This document shows, in pieces, positions 17,283 to 26,500 of a DNA stretch of 32,000 nt (its first letter is position 1; every line of letters starts with the position of its first letter). The notes below the pieces were generated by a model. That model was given only the letters and a program-made list of their open reading frames with translations. It made no database searches and was not told the origin of the DNA. Location of the stretch: positions 90,001 to 122,000 of the forward strand of contig JAUWGH010000006.1 in assembly GCA_030606485.1 (NCBI GenBank). The letters are read 5' to 3'. Position numbers and translations under genes: made by a program. The stretch comes from Promethearchaeota archaeon (GTDB taxonomy: Archaea > Asgardarchaeota > Lokiarchaeia > Sigyniarchaeales > SOKP01).

Positions 17283-17705
17283 TTATTCCCCAATTATTGT
17301 AATGTAAATTTTTCTCTGTCGACTTTTCTCATCACACTCTATAAAAATTAGTTGCTGCCACGTGCCCAATAGTAAGCTTCTGTTGTTAATTGGAATAGTA
17401 ATTGATGTTTTTAAGAGGAAACTTCTCAGATGCCCCGCTCCATTATGGTCTCCCCAAGTATTATGGTGTTTATAGTTTCGATCATATGGAATAATTCTTT
17501 CTAAAAATTCTTCTATATCATGTTTGACTAATCCAGGTTCGTACTCTACAGTTGAGATTGCTCCTGTAGAGCCAGCGACATGAATATTTACGATTCCATT
17601 ATCGATAGAACTTTCTTTTACAGCATTACTAACTTGTTCTGTTATATTTACTACATCGCAATAGCTTTTAGTTCGAATTGAGAATTGAGAATTTTTTACA
17701 GTCAT
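17283..17705 (-). CDS. yjbQ: YjbQ/UPF0047 family protein
   Basis: DITE-like NITEQV, GIVNIHVAGSTGAI, EYEPGL, HHNTWGDHNGAGHLRS, LGTWQQLIFIECD. ATG 17705 preferred to GTG 17717. Confidence 0.9.
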   Translation of the reverse strand: MTVKNSQFSIRTKSYCDVVNITEQVSNAVKESSIDNGIVNIHVAGSTGAISTVEYEPGLVKHDIEEFLERIIPYDRNYKHHNTWGDHNGAGHLRSFLLKTSITIPINNRSLLLGTWQQLIFIECDEKSRQRKIYITIIGE

Positions 17706-17807
17706 TTTAATATACACCTATTGAATTTATTTATTATATTAATTTAATTAATTTATACTATTAATTTAATCAGTAAGCATAATAAAAAAATAAGTTTTGA
17801 TTGGATT

Positions 17808-18233
17808 TTGAGCGAAGATAAACTCAAGGAATTTTTAAGTAAAATAACTAATCCCAAGAATGAGATACCTTATTATTTGAATATCTTAGTTAAACCGGGG
17901 AAGAAATTATTTGATTTTAAAATAAAAAAATTGCCTTCAAATATTTTTAAGCTTACAGCACATGAAGATAAAAGTGGTTGGTTCGTGCGTTCTTATCATA
18001 TTCCTCTAGATAATTTAGCCCTTACATTAGATTCGAAAAAAAAAGAAGTTTTAAGATTATTAAATGAACCAAAGAAAGTATTTAATCGAGATACAAGAGA
18101 AGTATTAGAAGAGATTTCAAGAAGATATGAGGAAATACTTCAAGGAAGTGGAACAGGGAAATTTAATTTTAAAACTTCACGATTTAAAAAAAAGAAAGAA
18201 TTTAAAATGGGTGTTCAAAAGAAAGGTTTTTGA
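17808..18233 (+). CDS. Hypothetical basic protein
   Basis: 141-aa TTG ORF filling the gap between two minus-strand genes; Lys-rich C-terminal tail; no family recognised. Confidence 0.65.
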   Translation: MSEDKLKEFLSKITNPKNEIPYYLNILVKPGKKLFDFKIKKLPSNIFKLTAHEDKSGWFVRSYHIPLDNLALTLDSKKKEVLRLLNEPKKVFNRDTREVLEEISRRYEEILQGSGTGKFNFKTSRFKKKKEFKMGVQKKGF

Positions 18234-18237
18234 ATTT

Positions 18238-18576
18238 TCATCTAATTTTACTTCCAGGCGGAACCAAATCTTTCTTATCTTCTTCTAATTTAAGTAGAAA
18301 TGGTTTATTCTCCACATCTGCCGCCAATACCATGCCATTAGATTGAACTCCCATTAATTTTCTTGGTTTTAAATTCAGGAGCACAACTACTTTTTGCCCC
18401 ATAAGTTCTTCGGGAGTATAATTTTGAGCCATGCCAGCAACTATCTGGCGAGGTCGGTCTTCCCCACAATCAACCATCATTTTTAATAAATTTTTCGATT
18501 TGGGGATTCTTTCACATTCTATAATTAGACCTATTCGAAGATCTAGATTCATAAATTCTTCATAAGTTATTTCCAT
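18238..18576 (-). CDS. Stand-alone tRNA-binding OB-fold protein (Trbp111 / MetRS C-terminal domain / CsaA-like)
   Basis: ITYEEFMNLDLRIG, RQIVAG, VVVLLNLKPRKLMGVQSNGMVLAA. Confidence 0.92.
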   Translation of the reverse strand: MEITYEEFMNLDLRIGLIIECERIPKSKNLLKMMVDCGEDRPRQIVAGMAQNYTPEELMGQKVVVLLNLKPRKLMGVQSNGMVLAADVENKPFLLKLEEDKKDLVPPGSKIR

Positions 18577-18588
18577 AATTACAACTTT

Positions 18589-19443
18589 TTATAATTTTAT
18601 TATATCTGATAAATCTGATAAATCGACCTTTTCTGCTTTTTTGGGTTTTTTTGCTTGATAAGGATTTTCTATTTCTTGAATCCTTCGAGCAAATGTTAAA
18701 TATCCAGTATGACCAATCATTCTTGTTGTTGGTCTGGTTGCATTTTCTTTCACAATAATTTTTCTTTTTATTAACTCAAAGGTATTTATATCATAAAATT
18801 CTTCACTTTCCAAGGCTACTACGGTTTTTTTTACTTGCTCTATTGTTGGTGAGAATGACGCAAAAGTTCCACTTAATTTCAGAAAGTTTTTAACTCTCTT
18901 TATTGCTAACCATGGTGTTGCGAGATCCAAAACTACAGCATCAAGATCACTATGTTCAACATCTTTTAGAATATCTCCATATTCAATAGAAACCACATTT
19001 TCAAGTTTTGCTTTTTGAATATTTTTTTTTGCTTGTTCTAATGATTTTTCTCTTATATCATACGAAAAAACATGCCCATTAGGTCTAACATAATTGCCTA
19101 AGATACATGTTAAAGCTCCAGAGCCTGTTCCTGCTTCTAAAACTAAAGACCCAGGACCAATCCCAGTATACATCAAAATTAATCCACAATCTTCGGGATA
19201 AAGAATTTGTGTAGTTCTTCCCATTTTTAAAATAAAATCACTTGGCAGTGGCTTAAAAACTCTCATTTTAAAACCTTGAGGCTTTGTAAAAATACAAGTT
19301 CCATATTGTTTTCCAATTATATCATCAAAATAGACTATTCCCTTATGAGTCGCAAAATTCTCACCTTGTCGAACTTTTAGCAGCCATTTCCTTTTTCCAT
19401 CATACATAAGTAGGATATGGTCAGTATCCTTAATTATATTCAA
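18589..19443 (-). CDS. trmI: tRNA (adenine-N1)-methyltransferase TrmI/Trm61
   Basis: THKG, RTTQILYPED, VLEAGTGSGALT, VVLDLATPW, FSPTIEQV, RPTTRMIGHTGYLTFAR. Confidence 0.95.
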   Translation of the reverse strand: MNIIKDTDHILLMYDGKRKWLLKVRQGENFATHKGIVYFDDIIGKQYGTCIFTKPQGFKMRVFKPLPSDFILKMGRTTQILYPEDCGLILMYTGIGPGSLVLEAGTGSGALTCILGNYVRPNGHVFSYDIREKSLEQAKKNIQKAKLENVVSIEYGDILKDVEHSDLDAVVLDLATPWLAIKRVKNFLKLSGTFASFSPTIEQVKKTVVALESEEFYDINTFELIKRKIIVKENATRPTTRMIGHTGYLTFARRIQEIENPYQAKKPKKAEKVDLSDLSDIIKL

Positions 19444-19592
19444 ATTTAGGTCGATTATTTATTTTATTTATATATTATTTAATTGTTAGGTTTTGTAATG
19501 GTTTAAATTTTTTCAATATTTTAATAATCATGATACACAATCTATACTTATAGAATTGAAAATAAAATTCAAATTCACTCATAAGTCAATAT

Positions 19593-19835
19593 ATGGAAAA
19601 TATCAAAAATATTAAAGTCATTAAGGCTTCAAATTTATTAAACCTTCAATGTTATGATATTGCCACTGGAAACATAATCGGTAAGATTATTGATCTCAAT
19701 TATAATCCCCAATCTGGTAAAATTGAGGATTTACAGATTAAATTGGCTAAAAAAATAGAAGATAAAAAAAATTTAATTGTAAATTTTAACAAAGTCACCA
19801 CCATCGGAGATATTTGCTTGATTGATTTGTTCTAA
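19593..19835 (+). CDS. Single PRC-barrel domain protein
   Basis: KASNLLNLQCY..TGNIIGKIIDL..NPQSGKIEDL..IVNFNKVTTIGDICLI matches the PRC-barrel pattern. Confidence 0.75.
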   Translation: MENIKNIKVIKASNLLNLQCYDIATGNIIGKIIDLNYNPQSGKIEDLQIKLAKKIEDKKNLIVNFNKVTTIGDICLIDLF

Positions 19836-19943
19836 TAATTTTATTCTCAAATAATAATTTGTAAAATTTAAAAAATAAAGGTAAATTTTTTCACTATAGA
19901 GAATGCAAATTTTATCTTTTTCTGGTTAAAGGTATTTAAATAA

Positions 19944-20834
19944 ATGAGTAGAAATAATTCTCGTAGGCAACCGCAACACCTCTCATTCGGTGAGATTCAG
20001 TCTCAGGCTGATGACTACAAAAAACTTCGGGATGAACTCAATGAAAAAACCAAGCAAATTTTTAAGTATCTTAATTCAACAAATAAAGAGATTGAACAAT
20101 ACCGAAAAGAGGCAAAAGATTTAAGAAAAAATAGGGATGAAATAAACCAAAAGATAAAAGAGCTAAAAAAAAAGAAGTATAAATTAATAGACAAAATCAA
20201 GGAACTAAAAAATCAAAGAAATAATCTGAAAAGTAAAGATAAAGTTAATGGTAAGAATTATTCATTAATAAAAAAATATGAAGCAGAGACTGAACGTTTA
20301 GAACGAAGTATTGAAACTGACCAATTAACCATTAAAGAAGAAAATCGTATAATTGAGCGAATTACTGAATTAGCTGAAAAACGGAAGGAACTATTGAAAT
20401 ATATGGAAGAAAACGATGAATTATATCAAACCGAAAAGGATATTGATTCTATTGGAATTGAGCTGGATAATATTAAAATAGATTTTGACGTTTTATCAAA
20501 AGAATCTCAAGAATACCATGAGAAAATGATTACTCTGTATAAAGAAATAGATTACATTATTGACAAGAGGAAATTTAAAGAAGAAGAATTAATCAACAAT
20601 AAAATAAAAGCGGATGAATACCATGAATTATTCATAAAAATGCTAAATCAAAAGAAGAGAGTCAGGAAACCAAAAAAACTCTACGCTTATAAGAGACAAA
20701 TGGAAAGAAAAACAATTGAAGATGAAATTATTAAAAAAAATTTAGCTGCTGCCATTGAAAAACAAAAGAAAGGGCAGAAGTTAAATATGTTTGAAGCACG
20801 CCTTTTATTAGAGAGAGGTACTAAAGAAAAATAA
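19944..20834 (+). CDS. Archaeal long coiled-coil protein (COG1340-like)
   Basis: Heptad E/K-rich sequence with RDELNEK, RDEINQKIKEL, LTIKEENRIIERI, SQEYHEKM, ADEYHELF and C-terminal GQKLNMFEARLL. Confidence 0.8.
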   Translation: MSRNNSRRQPQHLSFGEIQSQADDYKKLRDELNEKTKQIFKYLNSTNKEIEQYRKEAKDLRKNRDEINQKIKELKKKKYKLIDKIKELKNQRNNLKSKDKVNGKNYSLIKKYEAETERLERSIETDQLTIKEENRIIERITELAEKRKELLKYMEENDELYQTEKDIDSIGIELDNIKIDFDVLSKESQEYHEKMITLYKEIDYIIDKRKFKEEELINNKIKADEYHELFIKMLNQKKRVRKPKKLYAYKRQMERKTIEDEIIKKNLAAAIEKQKKGQKLNMFEARLLLERGTKEK

Positions 20835-21011
20835 AAATATTCTTTTGGCCAATTTAAATCTTTTTTTAAGAAATTACCCATTATTGGAATTTAACCAGTA
20901 AAATTGTAAATTTGATATTCAAAAATTTTTCGGATAAACTTTAATTTTAGTTTTACTTATTCTAAAAAAATTAATTATTTATTTACAAATATCGAAGGAA
21001 ATGAGATAATT

Positions 21012-22340
21012 TTGATAAAAACAATTGAGTCCATAAGAAATATTCTACATACTCATCATGAATTATTTAGAAATTGCATTCCTCTGATTGCTTCTGAAAA
21101 TATTACAAGCCCGGCCGTAAAGGAAGCATGTTCTTGTGACTTCTCTCACAGATATGCAGAGGGTTGGAGTGGTCAACGTGTATATGCTGGCTGCAAATTC
21201 ATCGATGATATTGAAGACTTATGTATGGAACTTGCCAGAAAGTTTTTCAAAGCAAAATTTGCTGATGTAAGACCAATATCTGGTGTAGTTGCAAATTTAG
21301 CATTATATAATGCATTTACATCTCGTAATAATGGGAAGATGATGGTCATGCCAATCCCTAAAGGTGGTCATATCAGCCACGCACCCATGTTTACCAAATC
21401 AGGCATGCAAATCAATGGAACAGCAGGAACTGTTCGAGGATTAGAAATTGAATATTTTAAATTTGATCAAGAGAACATGAATTTAGACATAGATGGTTCT
21501 GCTGAGTTAATGAGAGAATTTAAGCCCGAATTGATTTTATTTGGAGGATCCGTTTTCTTGTTTCCACACCCGGTAAAAGAACTGAGTGAAGTAGCAAAAG
21601 AAGTAGGTGCCCATGTTGCATATGATGGAGCCCATGTTGCTGGATTGATTGGTGCTGGATTCTTTCAAGATCCACTACGTGAAGGTGCTGAAGCAATGAG
21701 TTTAAGCACCCACAAAACACTTCCTGGACCACAACATGGCATGGTAGTGGCTGATGATGAAAGTATTGTTGATAATTTGAAATTTTCCTCGTTTCCAGCA
21801 TTGCTATCAAACCATCACTTACATAATGTTGCTGGTTTAGCCGTGGCACTAGCTGAGATGATTGAATTCGGTAAGGAATATTGTGAGCAAATAATAAAGA
21901 ATGCCAAGGCTTTGGGAAAAGCATTATATGATAGAGGGTTCAACGTCTTACAAAAAGATAATGGCTTTACCGCTTCACATCAAATAGTTATAGATATAAC
22001 GAATTTTGAAAATAATGTTGGTTTAGGTGGAGATATTGAAAGACTAGTAGAAAGGGCTAACATTATTCTCAATCGAAATCTTCTTCCGTGGGATATCATG
22101 CAGGGAAGACATTATCAAAACCCAGGTGGTTTACGTATAGGGACATCAGAAATCACACGTTTGGGAATGAAAGAAAAGGAAATGGACCAAATAGCAGAAT
22201 TTATAAAACAAGTTCTCATCGATAAAAAAGACCCAAATAAAGTAAAAGAAGAGATCAAAGAGTTTCGGAGGGGCTTCCAAGAAGTAAAATATTGCTTCCA
22301 GTCACCCAATGAAGCCTATGAATACCATAAATTTTATTGA
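21012..22340 (+). CDS. glyA: Serine hydroxymethyltransferase
   Basis: LIASEN, RYAEG..RVYAGC, GGHISH, YDGAHVAGLI, STHKTLPGPQHG (PLP lysine), GLRIGTSEITR. Confidence 0.97.
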   Translation: MIKTIESIRNILHTHHELFRNCIPLIASENITSPAVKEACSCDFSHRYAEGWSGQRVYAGCKFIDDIEDLCMELARKFFKAKFADVRPISGVVANLALYNAFTSRNNGKMMVMPIPKGGHISHAPMFTKSGMQINGTAGTVRGLEIEYFKFDQENMNLDIDGSAELMREFKPELILFGGSVFLFPHPVKELSEVAKEVGAHVAYDGAHVAGLIGAGFFQDPLREGAEAMSLSTHKTLPGPQHGMVVADDESIVDNLKFSSFPALLSNHHLHNVAGLAVALAEMIEFGKEYCEQIIKNAKALGKALYDRGFNVLQKDNGFTASHQIVIDITNFENNVGLGGDIERLVERANIILNRNLLPWDIMQGRHYQNPGGLRIGTSEITRLGMKEKEMDQIAEFIKQVLIDKKDPNKVKEEIKEFRRGFQEVKYCFQSPNEAYEYHKFY

Positions 22341-22344
22341 ACTC

Positions 22345-22363
22345 TTTTTTTTGAATTTTTTTT
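22345..22363 (+). terminator. Oligo-T tracts after glyA
   Basis: T8-GAA-T8 just after the stop codon. Confidence 0.5.
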
Positions 22364-22488
22364 CTAATTTTATTAATATAGAATTTTTTTGATAACTGTG
22401 AGATTGAATAGTTCTAAATCGATATAAAAAAGTAATTTTCAAATAGTAGTTGAATTTCAAATATAATTAAATAAAAGTTGGTTATGAA

Positions 22489-22935
22489 ATGAAATTAAAA
22501 AAAGAACAATTTAAAATTTACAACTTTTTTATTTTACTAATAAATCTAATAACTTTAGTTCTGGGGATCATATACTTTACTTACCCAATTTGCTCAATAC
22601 TATGGGATATTCTTGGAGTAATAATGATAATCGCTTGGTTTGGGACTTTTGGACTAATTTTTATTATTGATATAGTTCTCGTAAAGACTGATAAGATTGG
22701 TAAAAAAATTAATCATTTCTGTTATTACTGTCTTGTATTTTATGTTTTAGCTTGGATTTTCTTATTAATAAACGCCGGTTTATCAAGTATAGTTCACACT
22801 GCGGATATGGCCATGTTTACTATACTTGGTCTTATAACTTACATTGGGTTTTTCGGTATGGCCCTTTTTGGGATATATTTAGCTTATCTTGATATTAAGT
22901 ATCTAGAGAATCGAGGTGCATGGAATTTTGAATAA
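22489..22935 (+). CDS. Membrane protein with about 4 TM helices, unknown function
   Basis: Four hydrophobic segments; its 3' end overlaps the start of the hydrolase gene. Confidence 0.75.
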   Translation: MKLKKEQFKIYNFFILLINLITLVLGIIYFTYPICSILWDILGVIMIIAWFGTFGLIFIIDIVLVKTDKIGKKINHFCYYCLVFYVLAWIFLLINAGLSSIVHTADMAMFTILGLITYIGFFGMALFGIYLAYLDIKYLENRGAWNFE

Positions 22936-24205
22936 ATTAGGAATTGTAAAGATCATTTTGGCAATTCTTTGCGCTTTAGCATTTATCATAGGGGTCTATT
23001 CTATTTTTCAGATATATGTGGGCGGGACGGATGCAATTTCTCGAGTTGCTAATTGGTTTATGGCACAAATTGGTGAATTTCTCTTATTCATCGTGATTGC
23101 TGCAATATTTATTTTATTAAAATTAACAGGTAAAAGAAATCATCCAAAAACATATTTTGCGATTATGATTATTGGCTTTACAATTGCAGGATTAAACTCA
23201 GTACCACTTTTTTTAACACCAATCTCGATTTCTAATGCAAATGCCGAATTTAGCGCAGGATTTGGTGAAAATTGGGAAACTACAATTCCAGATGATGTTA
23301 AGTCTTTTTTTATGCATTCTCCTTTTAATATTCCACAACAATTTTTAGGAGTTCCACATAAAGAATGCCAGATCATAGAAAATGTACTATATTATGAAGA
23401 TCCTGATGAGGAAGTTTCTCTATATTTCGATGTATATATGCCTAAGGAACCTGATGAAAATTTACCGGGGAATAGGAGCACAATCATAAAAATTCACGGA
23501 GGAGCTTGGGTTGCGGGAGATAAAAGTACTGGTAATATGCCAGTTGTAAACAAATATCTTGCAGCTTAGGGATATGTAGTATTTGATATACAATATGGCT
23601 TAAGAGATATGGGTTCATTAGGAGCATTAGCAATCATTACACCAGAAAACGTTATTGGGAATTATACTTTTATTGATATGGTCAAACAAATCGGAATTTT
23701 CACAAAACTCTTAGAAAGCAATTATTCTGCAGAGTACAATGCAAATCTTGAAAGTGTTTATATTATGGGAGGTTCTGCAGGAGGTCATTTAACCTGTGTT
23801 ACCGGATTTGGTTATAATGAGAATTATTTTAATGGAATTTTTAGTGAAAATATAAATATAAAAGGAATAATTCCATTATATCCTCCAAGTAATGTTTCAT
23901 GGGCGGGAGCGAGTGGATTTTTACCAGGCAGTCCTGAAACTGACCCAGAACTATTCGATGCATATTCACCAACCACCTTAATCGATTCCAATGATCCTCC
24001 TGTTCTGATTTTCCAAGGCACAGCTGATAAGCTTGTTGATTTTTCTAATTCTATTGAAATTGAAAGTACTTGCGATAATGTGGGAGTAACATGCTGTAAT
24101 TTATTATTTCCTCTAGCGGGACATGCAAGTGATATATTTTTTAGTACAAATTTTGGTCAAGTCTGGTTGTATTATTTAGAACGATTCCTATATTTGACCC
24201 AGTAA
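22928..24205 (+). pseudogene. Membrane-anchored alpha/beta hydrolase (HSL/BD-FAE-like esterase) interrupted by one in-frame TAG at 23567-23569
   Basis: Track ORFs 22916-23569 and 23609-24205 share a frame. Reading through gives KIHGGAW..NKYLAA*GYVVFDIQYGL..MGGSAGGHL..FQGTADKLV..AGHASD. Start is uncertain (GTG 22916, or TTG 22928 with GAGGTG 9 nt upstream). Confidence 0.85.
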
Positions 24206-24322
24206 AGATAAAATTAATTTTTACTTCTTTTTTTTATTCTAAATTAGAATTAACCAAGTTTAAATGAAAAAGTAGTTAAAAAAATCAAAAATTTTATCTT
24301 TATTGCCACTTTTAAAATTTCA

Positions 24323-25162
24323 ATGAGTATTGAAATTATAGAAAAAGACGACCGCCTTATTCGTTTTATACTCTCAGATATATCGACTGAAATGGCTAAT
24401 GCCTTCAGAAGGATAATCTTAATTGAAATACCTGTAATGGCAATTGATGAGGTAATAATGTTAAGGAATGATAGTCCACTTTATGATGAAATTCTTGCAC
24501 ATAGACTTGCAATGATTCCAATAGTTACAGACTTAAAACATTATAATTTTCAACAAGAATGTTCTTGCGGAGGTGCTGGTTGCGCATTATGTTCAGTTAC
24601 CTTGACATGTGATATAAAAAACGATACAGATGAAACCATTCTCGTCACCTCGGGAGACTTAATCTCAAATGATCCAAAAATTGTCCCAGTAAGTCCTAAT
24701 ATACCAATTGTAAAATTAGAACATGGCTCTTCATTAACATTTGAGGCCTTTACAGTATTAGGGAGGGCTAAAGAGCACGCTAAATTCCAAAGTATTGCTA
24801 ATATTGGATATAGATTTTATCCTAAAATTGAAATTGATGAACGTAAATGTGAAAAATGTACTCAAAAATGTATAGCTTCAGATTACTGCTCAAAAAAATT
24901 ATTCGAAGTTGGAACTGAAAAAAGTAATCCGAAATTAATTCCGGATTTTTGGAAAAATTGTGATTTATGTGAAGCATGTTCTCATGAATGTCCTGAAGGG
25001 GCTATTAAGGTCGAATGGGATGATAATAAATTCATTTTTTCAATTGAATCTGATGGAGTTCTCCCATTCGGTACTCTTTTAAAAAAAAGTTGGGAAATAT
25101 TTAAAGAAAAAATTGATGATTTTAAAGAACAATTAAAAAATTTAGAAATAGAAATAGAATAA
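24323..25162 (+). CDS. rpoD: DNA-directed RNA polymerase subunit D (Rpo3) with zinc motif and Fe-S domain
   Basis: ANAFRRIILIEIPVMAIDEV..NDSPLYDEILAHRLAMIP, CSCGGAGCALC, IPIVKL, AKEHAKFQ, CDLCEACSHECPEGAI, FSIESDG. Confidence 0.96.
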   Translation: MSIEIIEKDDRLIRFILSDISTEMANAFRRIILIEIPVMAIDEVIMLRNDSPLYDEILAHRLAMIPIVTDLKHYNFQQECSCGGAGCALCSVTLTCDIKNDTDETILVTSGDLISNDPKIVPVSPNIPIVKLEHGSSLTFEAFTVLGRAKEHAKFQSIANIGYRFYPKIEIDERKCEKCTQKCIASDYCSKKLFEVGTEKSNPKLIPDFWKNCDLCEACSHECPEGAIKVEWDDNKFIFSIESDGVLPFGTLLKKSWEIFKEKIDDFKEQLKNLEIEIE

Positions 25163-25241
25163 ATTATCTAAGTAGTCATATTCATAAATTTAAAAAATAA
25201 TGCAAAATATTAAAGTTCATAAATTTTAAGGGAATTATATT

Positions 25242-25604
25242 ATGTCTCATAAACCAACGGGTCCAAGCGACTATTATAAAAGGAAATTAGCTCGGACTCT
25301 CTGGAAAACTAAGAGAAGAATCTGGAGAGATGTTTCAAAAAGAATTTTTAAACCAAGAAAGGATAAAGTAGAAGTAAATCTCTTTAAAATTAATAATAAG
25401 ACTAAAAACGGAGATGTAATTGTTGTTCCTGGGAAAATTCTTAGTATGGGAAGTCTGGATCACACGGTAATAATTGCATGTTTAAATGCATCGAAATCTG
25501 CTAGACAAAATGTAAAAAATTCCTCGACTGAAAGTAAAATTATTTCTATTGAAGAGTTATTAGATACGAATCCTAGCGGTTCAAACGTAAAAATAATTGT
25601 TTAA
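25242..25604 (+). CDS. rpl18e: 50S ribosomal protein L18e (eL18)
   Basis: IWRDVSKR, EVNLFKIN, VIVVPGKILSMG, SNVKII. Confidence 0.93.
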   Translation: MSHKPTGPSDYYKRKLARTLWKTKRRIWRDVSKRIFKPRKDKVEVNLFKINNKTKNGDVIVVPGKILSMGSLDHTVIIACLNASKSARQNVKNSSTESKIISIEELLDTNPSGSNVKIIV

Positions 25605-25624
25605 ATGGTAAAAATGAATCCATA

Positions 25625-26086
25625 ATGGTTGAATATAAATTAATAGATGTAAAAGATAAAATCCTTGGAAGAGCTTGCACTCAAATCGCAAAAAAAGCAC
25701 TTTTAGGGAAATATATTGTCGTCATTAATGCAAAAGACTGTGTGATTTCAGGTAAAAAAAATCAAATTCAAAAGAAATATTTAGAGAAGCTTAATATTCA
25801 TACTGCCACAAATCCTAGACGCGGTCCTTTTTGGCCGAGACGTCCAGATCGTTTTTTTAGAAAAATTGTTTGGGGCATGCTCCCAAGAAATAGAAGAGGT
25901 CGGGATGCACTTGCGAGAATACATGTTTATATCTCTAATATACCTGAACGATTTAAAAATCGATATCAAAATTTAACTCCACTTGATATACAAAATGCCG
26001 ACGTTTCTCGATTGCAGAATAAATTTATTCATCTTGAAACTATATGCACACGAATTGGATGGAAAAATAGAGAGGTTGAGATTTAG
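25625..26086 (+). CDS. rpl13: 50S ribosomal protein L13 (uL13)
   Basis: IDVKDKILGR, VVINAKDCVISG, GPFWPRRPDRFFRKIVWGMLP. Confidence 0.95.
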   Translation: MVEYKLIDVKDKILGRACTQIAKKALLGKYIVVINAKDCVISGKKNQIQKKYLEKLNIHTATNPRRGPFWPRRPDRFFRKIVWGMLPRNRRGRDALARIHVYISNIPERFKNRYQNLTPLDIQNADVSRLQNKFIHLETICTRIGWKNREVEI

Positions 26087-26090
26087 ATAA

Positions 26091-26498
26091 ATGGTTAAAT
26101 ATATTAATGCATCAGGTAAAAGAAAAACTGCAATTGCTCGAGCTGTTTTAAATACTGAAGGAAAGGGAGTAGTTAGAATAAATTCTGTTCCATTAGAAGC
26201 ATACGAACCGAGTATTGCTAAAGAACGGATTAAAGAATTATTTAAAATCCTTGATGAACCAAAACTTAAAGATGTTGATATAAAAGTAAAAGTTAAATCT
26301 GGTGGGATAATGGCTCAAACTGATGCTATTAGAATAGCTTTAGCAAGAGTGATTTATAAATACTTAAGGCGCAAATCCACTGCCAATTTATTTAAAGACT
26401 ATGATAGTTCATTATTAAGTGGAGATAGTCGAAGAAAAGAACCAAAAAAATTTGGTGGTAGAGGTGCCAGAGCGAGACGACAAAAATCTTTTCGATAA
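26091..26498 (+). CDS. rps9: 30S ribosomal protein S9 (uS9)
   Basis: SGKRKTAIARA, VKSGGIMAQTDAIRIALAR, LLSGDSRRKEPKKFGGRGARARRQKSFR. Confidence 0.97.
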   Translation: MVKYINASGKRKTAIARAVLNTEGKGVVRINSVPLEAYEPSIAKERIKELFKILDEPKLKDVDIKVKVKSGGIMAQTDAIRIALARVIYKYLRRKSTANLFKDYDSSLLSGDSRRKEPKKFGGRGARARRQKSFR

Positions 26499-26500
26499 TT

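Noticed and set aside
23609-24205. Independent 198-aa hydrolase gene
   Set aside because: It lacks the HGG oxyanion motif and the first strands of the fold, which lie in the same frame upstream of the TAG.
25163-25241. tRNA between rpoD and rpl18e, as occurs in some archaea
   Set aside because: The 79-bp gap is AT-rich with no cloverleaf or T-loop consensus.
26084-26086. Genome-wide reassignment of TAG
   Set aside because: frhB, metV, rpl13, aroA and the 28279 gene end at TAG at their expected C-termini.
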